A stretch of DNA of 5,430 bases from a virus. The stretch lies in the IMG/VR virus record IMGVR_UViG_3300045988_005096, positions 1-5,430 of that record. One strand, written 5' to 3'. Shown piece by piece: positions 1 through 4,334 of this stretch. The translations under genes and the position numbers were made by a program. A model generated the notes under the pieces. That model was not told the DNA's origin, searched no databases, and saw only the letters and a program-made list of their open reading frames with translations. Position 1 is the first letter of the stretch. Every line of letters starts with the position of its first letter.

Positions 1-99
1 ACATCAAGCTCAAGTTTGACAACAATGTGGACAAATTCATTGCATCGTTTGGCACAGTCGAATGGGCCAAAAATCTGGGCATTTACCAAGAAAAAAAAG
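1..99. repeat. Terminal redundancy, left copy (identical to 5332..5430)
   Basis: Base-by-base comparison: acatcaagctcaagtttgac...catttaccaagaaaaaaaag is identical at both ends. It lies inside the VP3 reading frame. Confidence 0.97.
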
Positions 100-149
100 C
101 CGAACCCGAAGCAACGAAAGCAACAGAAGCAGCGGAGGCTAAAGAGTGA
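3..149 (+). CDS. VP3: C-terminal end of internal scaffolding protein VP3 (continuation of 4986..5430 across the circle junction)
   Basis: The frame starting at position 3 reads IKLKFDNNVDKFIASFGTVEWAKNLGIYQEKKAEPEATKATEAAEAKE and stops at TGA 147-149. It is in phase with the open frame running off the right end of the window (5334 = position 3). Confidence 0.85.
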   Translation: MKLKFDNNVDKFIASFGTVEWAKNLGIYQEKKAEPEATKATEAAEAKE

Positions 150-1837
150 ACAGAAACAAAGACGCAGGATTCAACCAAGTCCCACGCTTGGACATCACGC
201 GAAGTCGCTTCAAACGACGGCAGGACGTCAAGTTAACGCTGAATGCAGGACAACTTATTCCGTTCTATGTGGATGAAGTACTCCCGGGTGACACCTTCAG
301 CATTGACCAAGCAGCGATTATCCGCATGACAACGCCTATTTTTCCAGTTATGGATAACTGCTACATGGACATTTATTATTTCAATGTCCCATGCCGAATC
401 CTCTGGAAAAACTTCAAAAGGTTTATGGGTGAGAACGACACCAGACCGTGGGCGCAGACTCAGGAATACACCATTCCGCAGGTCAAAGTAACCGGCACAG
501 CAGCAAAACCAGCACCTTATGAGGGCAGCATCCTTGACTACATGGGCATTCCGACCAAGGTAAGCAAGGGAGCAGACACGGCCTTCAGCATCAACGCGCT
601 ACCCATGAGGGCGTATGCTATGATATGGCAGGAGTGGTTCAGAGACCAGAACGTGGACAATCCGGCCATCAACAGCGATGCAGACGCGACCGTGAACTAT
701 ACGGACGACGAAACCAAAGGCATGGACGCAGCAACACCGGACTTGGAGTATATTCTCCAGAACGCATACACAGGCGGCAGACCTTTACCAGTCAACAAAT
801 ACCACGACTACTTTACCAGCGCACTTCCTTCACCGCAGAAAGCGGGAAACCCCGTATCGATTCCGCTGAGCGGCAACGCAGCGGTGTACATGTATCAAGA
901 CACAACGCTGCAGACCAAAGGAACGATGAACAAAAAAGAATCGCTATATTTGCAAGGCGGTTCAGGGGCACAAAGTAGCTTCTACAACAACAACGAAGCG
1001 CTGGCAATATTGGGCGCAGAAGCACCCGGGGGCACAACCTCAGACGCCGCATATTTAGGGGCTGACCTTGCATCAATCAACGCGGCAACCATCAACCAGC
1101 TGCGACAGGCGTTTCAGGTTCAGAAATATTACGAAGAGCTGGCACGAGGCGGCAGCCGCTACCGTGAGATGATCTACTCGCTTTTCCACACCAAGATAAG
1201 CGATAAAACCGTACAGATTCCGGAGTATCTGGGCGGCACGCGTATAACCATCAATATGAGTCAGGTCATCCAGACCAGCGGCACAACTGCGGAAAGTCCG
1301 CAGGGCAACACCGCAGCCGTAAGCGTTACGCCGTACAACGGCAGTATGTTCACGAAGAGCTTTGAAGAACACGGCTTTGTTATCGGAGTGTGCTGCATCA
1401 GACATGACCACACCTATCAGCAGGGACTCGAACGAATGTGGAGCCGGAAAACCAATCTGGATTTTTATTATCCGGTCTTCGCAAATCTGGGAGAGCAAGC
1501 AATTCTCAAAAAAGAGCTGTACCTCACCGGCACGGACACAGATGAACAGGCATTCGGCTACCAAGAGGCTTGGGCTGAATACCGGATGAAACCAAACAGA
1601 ATCAGCGGCAAATTCCGGTCGAACGCTAAAGGAACTTTAGACAGCTGGCACTATGGCGACAACTACAGCGAGACGCCAAACCTCAGTCAGGCGTGGATGA
1701 AAGAAGGAGATTCCGAAATCCAACGAACACTGGCAGTAGACAACGAACCACAGTTTATCATGGATACCATCATCGACAACACCAGCGTCCGGCCTATGCC
1801 CATGTACAGCATTCCGGGACTCGTTGACCATCACTAA
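146..1837 (+). CDS. VP1: Major capsid protein VP1 (phiX174 F-protein family), 563 aa, GTG start
   Basis: The N-terminus FNQVPRLDITRSRF...LTLNAGQLIPFYVDEVLPGDTF matches the hallmark Microviridae capsid N-terminal pattern. GGAGG at 134-138 lies 7 nt upstream of GTG 146. An in-frame TAA at 140-142 excludes any earlier start. GTG 146-148 overlaps the VP3 stop TGA 147-149. Confidence 0.95.
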   Translation: MNRNKDAGFNQVPRLDITRSRFKRRQDVKLTLNAGQLIPFYVDEVLPGDTFSIDQAAIIRMTTPIFPVMDNCYMDIYYFNVPCRILWKNFKRFMGENDTRPWAQTQEYTIPQVKVTGTAAKPAPYEGSILDYMGIPTKVSKGADTAFSINALPMRAYAMIWQEWFRDQNVDNPAINSDADATVNYTDDETKGMDAATPDLEYILQNAYTGGRPLPVNKYHDYFTSALPSPQKAGNPVSIPLSGNAAVYMYQDTTLQTKGTMNKKESLYLQGGSGAQSSFYNNNEALAILGAEAPGGTTSDAAYLGADLASINAATINQLRQAFQVQKYYEELARGGSRYREMIYSLFHTKISDKTVQIPEYLGGTRITINMSQVIQTSGTTAESPQGNTAAVSVTPYNGSMFTKSFEEHGFVIGVCCIRHDHTYQQGLERMWSRKTNLDFYYPVFANLGEQAILKKELYLTGTDTDEQAFGYQEAWAEYRMKPNRISGKFRSNAKGTLDSWHYGDNYSETPNLSQAWMKEGDSEIQRTLAVDNEPQFIMDTIIDNTSVRPMPMYSIPGLVDHH

Positions 1838-1867
1838 ATGATCATCACTAAACAAGAAAGGGGGAAA

Positions 1868-1898
1868 AGCCCGGGGCAAAACCCCGGGTTATTTTATT
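1868..1898 (+). terminator. Hairpin plus T-rich tail between VP1 and VP2 (candidate partial intrinsic terminator or attenuator)
   Basis: cccgggg (1870-1876) pairs with ccccggg (1882-1888): a 7-bp all-GC stem with a 5-nt loop caaaa. It is followed by ttattttatt. Confidence 0.5.
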
Positions 1899-1901
1899 AA
1901 A

Positions 1902-2774
1902 ATGGCTTTTTTAATTCCATTCCTGAAAACAGCAGCAATGCAAATGATTCCAGCATTCGCAGGAGCAGCAGCAAATAAACTCTTTGGGACAAGCGGAGGC
2001 TATGGACAGCAAGGACAATCCAACAGTCAAAGCAGCGGCTCAAGCTGGGCACAAAGCACAAGCAACAGCGGAAGCATGAGCAGCAGCGGGACAAATGACG
2101 AAGTAAACAAAAGCATCGCAGCACTAGCAAATCAGTTAAGCCAAGGTAGCATGGCAGGACAGCAGAAATACAATCGAAATTCCATGCTTATGCAAATGGG
2201 CTACAACACGTTCGCTGCAATTCAGCAGGGAGTGTACAACCACATCGAGCAGCAAACGGCAATGAACTTTAACAGCGCAGAGGCCGCAAAAAACAGAGCA
2301 TGGCAAGAGCAAATGAGCAATACATCTTACCAAAGAGCAGTCGAGGACATGAAAAAAGCTGGCATCAACCCTATCTTAGCATACACACAAGGCGGAGCAA
2401 GCACACCGAGCGGAGCGCAGGGAACAATCGGAAGCGCAAGTATGGGCATGGCATCCAGTAGCGCACTGGGGGCGACAGCATTGCCGGGAATCAAACAAGA
2501 CGGAAGTTGGAGCAGCCACAGCGAAGCATGGAGTCACGCAGAAAGCGCAGCACAGAGCATTCAGCAAGCTATCATGTCAAGCAGCTCAAGCCCTGTCAGA
2601 CTCAGGGGAGACATGGAACGCATCGCAGAAACAGCAGTAGATGGAGCAATAAAGCTCAAAGAAAAACTTGCAGCACTGCCGGTATCGGACAAGGAAAGAC
2701 GGAAATCCGCAGAAAACCTTGAAAGAGTACGGCGGCAAACAATCGGAATGGGAACAACCGGAAATTATTGGTAA
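1902..2774 (+). CDS. VP2: Minor capsid / DNA pilot protein VP2, 290 aa
   Basis: Position immediately after VP1. Hydrophobic N-terminus, then a Ser/Gly/Gln-rich low-complexity segment. The motif [20 protein letters not shown] resembles the conserved gokushovirus VP2 core (YQR...AG.NP.LA). Confidence 0.85.
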   Translation: MAFLIPFLKTAAMQMIPAFAGAAANKLFGTSGGYGQQGQSNSQSSGSSWAQSTSNSGSMSSSGTNDEVNKSIAALANQLSQGSMAGQQKYNRNSMLMQMGYNTFAAIQQGVYNHIEQQTAMNFNSAEAAKNRAWQEQMSNTSYQRAVEDMKKAGINPILAYTQGGASTPSGAQGTIGSASMGMASSSALGATALPGIKQDGSWSSHSEAWSHAESAAQSIQQAIMSSSSSPVRLRGDMERIAETAVDGAIKLKEKLAALPVSDKERRKSAENLERVRRQTIGMGTTGNYW

Positions 2775-2779
2775 CAAAA

Positions 2780-3799
2780 ATGGGATGCAACAAGCCGTTA
2801 ATTCGGTTTTACGTACCTCACGACAAAGAGGCAAGTGGAAGAGTGTATTCACTTGCCTCTTTTAACGAGATACACAAGACCAAAATGACATACGAAAACT
2901 TAATGTACCGCAAAGATGTAATGTTGATACCATGCGGACAGTGTACAGGGTGCAGGCTCAGAAAACGAAAAGACTGGGCCACGCGGATGGAGCTAGAAGC
3001 ATACGGATACGACAAAGAAAGTATCTGGTTTATCACACTAACGTACGACGATGACCATGTACCAACACAAGACACCGAAACAGGCGAAATCTACAAAGGT
3101 GGAGTAAACGTCTGGAAAGGCGTCTCAGAGCGTCCAAGAACAACGCAAACACTGAGCGTGGAGGATACCCAACTCTTCATCAAAAGGCTAAGAAAGGCCG
3201 TCAAAGAGCCTCTGAGATACTTTTTAGCCGGAGAGTATGGAGACAACACGGCAAGACCACACTATCACATGATACTGTACGGGTGGCATCCCGACGACTT
3301 AAAGCCAATCCATAAACTATCAAGACACGGTCACTACACAAGTGATAAACTGGTCAAAATCTGGGGACAAGGCACAGTTGACATAGCACAGGCAACACCA
3401 GAGACATATAATTATGTTGCAGGGTACGTAACAAAAAAACTATACGGGAACGACAAAAAGCGTTACCAAAAAATGGGTTTAATACCACCATTTTGCACAA
3501 TGAGCCGAAAGCCGGGACTCGGAGACCAATGGTTCCAAGACCATCAAGAACGACTCTGGCAGCAGGGATACATACAGCTTACCAACGGCAAGAGAGCAGC
3601 CATACCGGAATACTACTGGCGAAAACTGGAAGCGGAAAACCCTGAAAAAGCATGGAGAATCAAACAGTATCGGCAGGAAAAAGCCATTGCCTCCCTAATC
3701 GAAAAAAACGCGGAAACAGATAAATCATACGCAGAGCAGCTAAAGGACAAGGAAGCATCCATGTCCAAGAAGATGAGCAAAGCCAAAGGTGTATTTTGA
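2780..3799 (+). CDS. VP4: Rolling-circle replication initiator VP4 (HUH endonuclease; phiX174 A-protein analogue), 339 aa from ATG 2780
   Basis: RCR motif 1 FITLTY (3029-3046). HUH motif PHYHMILYG (H-Y-H at 3260-3268). Two-tyrosine motif YVAGYVTKK (Tyr codons at 3413 and 3425). Cys cluster PCGQCTGCR. The ORF track opens at TTG 2768, but ATG 2780 gives the typical MGC..P N-terminus. Confidence 0.93.
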   Translation: MGCNKPLIRFYVPHDKEASGRVYSLASFNEIHKTKMTYENLMYRKDVMLIPCGQCTGCRLRKRKDWATRMELEAYGYDKESIWFITLTYDDDHVPTQDTETGEIYKGGVNVWKGVSERPRTTQTLSVEDTQLFIKRLRKAVKEPLRYFLAGEYGDNTARPHYHMILYGWHPDDLKPIHKLSRHGHYTSDKLVKIWGQGTVDIAQATPETYNYVAGYVTKKLYGNDKKRYQKMGLIPPFCTMSRKPGLGDQWFQDHQERLWQQGYIQLTNGKRAAIPEYYWRKLEAENPEKAWRIKQYRQEKAIASLIEKNAETDKSYAEQLKDKEASMSKKMSKAKGVF

Positions 3800-3810
3800 C
3801 ACTTTGGTGT

Positions 3811-3857
3811 CACTCAGCCAAGTAACTATCAAGTATAGACTTGGCTGAGTGTTTTTT
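3811..3857 (+). terminator. Rho-independent terminator downstream of VP4
   Basis: Perfect 13-bp stem: cactcagccaagt (3811-3823) pairs with acttggctgagtg (3839-3851). The loop is 15 nt. T6 follows directly (3852-3857), 12 nt after the VP4 stop. Confidence 0.85.
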
Positions 3858-3868
3858 ATTTCATATTG

Positions 3869-3909
3869 ACATATGCACGCGCGCACGTAATCGCGCACAC
3901 GCGCACATG
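3869..3909. repeat. Two alternating purine/pyrimidine (CG/CA) tracts carrying a GCACRCGCGCAC direct repeat
   Basis: 3869-3889 (21 nt) and 3892-3909 (18 nt) alternate R/Y without exception. gcacgcgcgcac (3875-3886) and gcacacgcgcac (3895-3906) match 11/12. This is a GC island inside an AT-rich spacer. Confidence 0.8.
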
Positions 3910-3910
3910 A

Positions 3911-3943
3911 TATTATTATTATTTGTTGTAGTCGTAGTAGTAG
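3911..3943. repeat. Triplet-periodic low-complexity block (TNN)x11
   Basis: Reads tat tat tat tat ttg ttg tag tcg tag tag tag, with T at every third position for 33 nt. Confidence 0.8.
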
Positions 3944-3954
3944 GGAGTGTTGAA

Positions 3955-4038
3955 ATGTTGAATACTATGAATTTTTATCCTTGGAACGATATTTTATGGA
4001 TTATTTTGATGTTAATACTTTTGTGGATAACTTGTTGA
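3955..4038 (+). CDS. Speculative 27-aa hydrophobic mini-ORF (MLNTMNFYPWNDILWIILMLILLWITC)
   Basis: ATG 3955 is preceded by GGGAG (3943-3947) at 7-nt spacing. The C-terminal 15-18 residues are hydrophobic. However, it lies in T-rich non-coding DNA that overlaps the repeat array, between the terminator and the main promoter. Confidence 0.15.
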   Translation: MLNTMNFYPWNDILWIILMLILLWITC

Positions 4039-4062
4039 ATTGTTGAAAGTGTAGCAATATGC

Positions 4063-4080
4063 ACAAAACCATTTGTACAA
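4063..4080. repeat. 18-nt direct repeat, copy 1 (ACAAAACCATTTGTACAA)
   Basis: Matches 4289-4306 at 17/18. Contains the perfect palindrome TTGTACAA (4073-4080). Confidence 0.85.
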
Positions 4081-4165
4081 CTTTTCGTGGAAAACCTGTT
4101 GAAAATGTTGAAAACGTGGAAAATTCGAATTAAAGGCCGTCCGGCGAGCGAAACCAGAAAGTCAC

Positions 4166-4205
4166 GTCATGCTCTTCGCACGGCGCACCGCGCCTACCGC
4201 ATGAC
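4166..4205 (+). other. GC-rich nested hairpin in the non-coding region
   Basis: Outer stem: gtcatgc (4166-4172) pairs with gcatgac (4199-4205). Inner stem: ggcgc (4182-4186) pairs with gcgcc (4190-4194), with a 3-nt loop. It sits in a locally GC-rich segment (about 4135-4205) flanked by AT-rich DNA. Confidence 0.5.
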
Positions 4206-4226
4206 CTCTTAAAGAAAAAAGAAAGC

Positions 4227-4255
4227 TTGACAAACCCTCTGCCTTATGATATAAC
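4227..4255 (+). promoter_or_regulatory. Near-consensus sigma70-type promoter with extended -10
   Basis: -35 TTGACA (4227-4232), a 17-nt spacer, then TGaTATAAC (TG 4247-4248, hexamer 4250-4255). An A-rich UP-like tract aaagaaaaaagaaagc lies just upstream (4211-4226). It points into the small-ORF/VP3/VP1 gene chain. Confidence 0.7.
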
Positions 4256-4288
4256 AAAAATAGTTAAACAGCACAGAAGTGCTATTTT

Positions 4289-4306
4289 ACAAAACCATTT
4301 ATACAA
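4289..4306. repeat. 18-nt direct repeat, copy 2 (ACAAAACCATTTATACAA)
   Basis: Matches 4063-4080 at 17/18. Lies in the predicted 5' leader, 12 nt upstream of the SD at 4319-4327. Confidence 0.85.
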
Positions 4307-4334
4307 AATAACTTTTAGAAAGAGGTGAACCGCT

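Larger units (their letters stand above)
3948..4123 (-). promoter_or_regulatory. Array of ten same-orientation DnaA-box-like 9-mers, including one perfect TTATCCACA
   Basis: On the minus strand, 4022-4030 reads TTATCCACA (9/9). 4086-4094 and 4115-4123 read TTTTCCACG. 4097-4105 and 4106-4114 read TTTTCAACA. These four each match TTWTNCACA at 8/9. Weaker relatives sit at 3948, 3956, 3995, 4033 and 4041. 4086-4123 is a head-to-tail block with 9- to 11-nt spacing. Confidence 0.55.

Noticed and set aside
16-276. 86-aa + strand ORF spanning the VP3 end and VP1 start
   Set aside because: It runs in an alternative frame over two well-supported genes. The Lys/Arg/Gln-rich sequence is typical of off-frame translation. 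It has no SD.
625-1589. + strand ORFs 625..978 (117 aa) and 1362..1589 (75 aa) nested in VP1
   Set aside because: These are off-frame, Arg-rich or low-information sequences with no SD and no recognisable motifs. Overlapping genes do exist in Microviridae (phiX174 E, K, B), but nothing here supports one.
2768-2779. TTG 2768 as the VP4 start (as in the ORF track)
   Set aside because: It would overlap the VP2 stop, and TTG is a rare start codon. ATG 2780 gives the MGC..P N-terminus typical of gokushovirus Rep proteins. It is kept as an alternative only.
2507-2865. + strand ORFs 2507..2722 and 2668..2865 overlapping VP2 and VP4
   Set aside because: Off-frame and basic/low-complexity, with no SD. 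The second crosses the VP2/VP4 junction without any supporting signal.
813-3813. Minus-strand ORFs (813..1076, 1073..1564, 1637..1879, 1897..2130, 2136..2333, 2376..2567, 2586..2852, 2818..3075, 3613..3813)
   Set aside because: All are antisense to strongly supported genes. Microviridae transcribe one strand only. The Cys/Leu/Arg-rich compositions, for example antisense of the Ser/Gln/Ala-rich part of VP2, are the expected mirror artefact.
3866-3894. TTGACA at 3866-3871 as a second promoter (and likewise TTGACA at 16-21 inside VP3)
   Set aside because: Neither has an acceptable -10 hexamer at 16-18 nt spacing (aatcgc/taatcg; attgca). These are isolated -35-like hexamers.
3869-4020. XerC/XerD dif-like integration site, since some gokushoviruses are known as dif-integrated prophages
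   Set aside because: gcgcacgtaat and acgcgcacatgatatt loosely resemble the GTGCGCATAA arm, and tgATGTTAAta (4007-4017) matches the XerD arm TTATGTTAAAT at 8/11. However, I found no arm - 6 nt - arm arrangement with the CATAA-N6-TTATG core. A search with dif models from candidate hosts is still worthwhile.
3841-4038. 65-aa ORF starting at TTG 3841
   Set aside because: The start codon lies inside the terminator stem. The ORF reads through the Z-prone tract and the triplet repeat, giving VVVVVV from GTN repeats. Only the SD-led 27-aa distal part was kept, as a low-confidence idea.
3948-4123. Short repeats as a CRISPR array
   Set aside because: The units are 7-9 nt, directly abutting or irregularly spaced, with no spacers of about 30 nt. 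This is not CRISPR architecture.
4059-4133. 24-aa ORF MHKTICTTFRGKPVENVENVENSN
   Set aside because: It has no SD. The VENVEN periodicity is simply the translation of the 9-nt DNA repeats.
4115-4140. tRNA T-loop-like TTCGAAT (4124-4130), as a possible tRNA fragment or attP
   Set aside because: No flanking complementary 5-bp stems and no other tRNA arms. It is just a TTCGAA palindrome.
4270-4288. Leader hairpin agcac-agaa-gtgct followed by ATTTT, as an attenuator
   Set aside because: The stem is only 5 bp and the T tract is short and interrupted. That is too weak to call.
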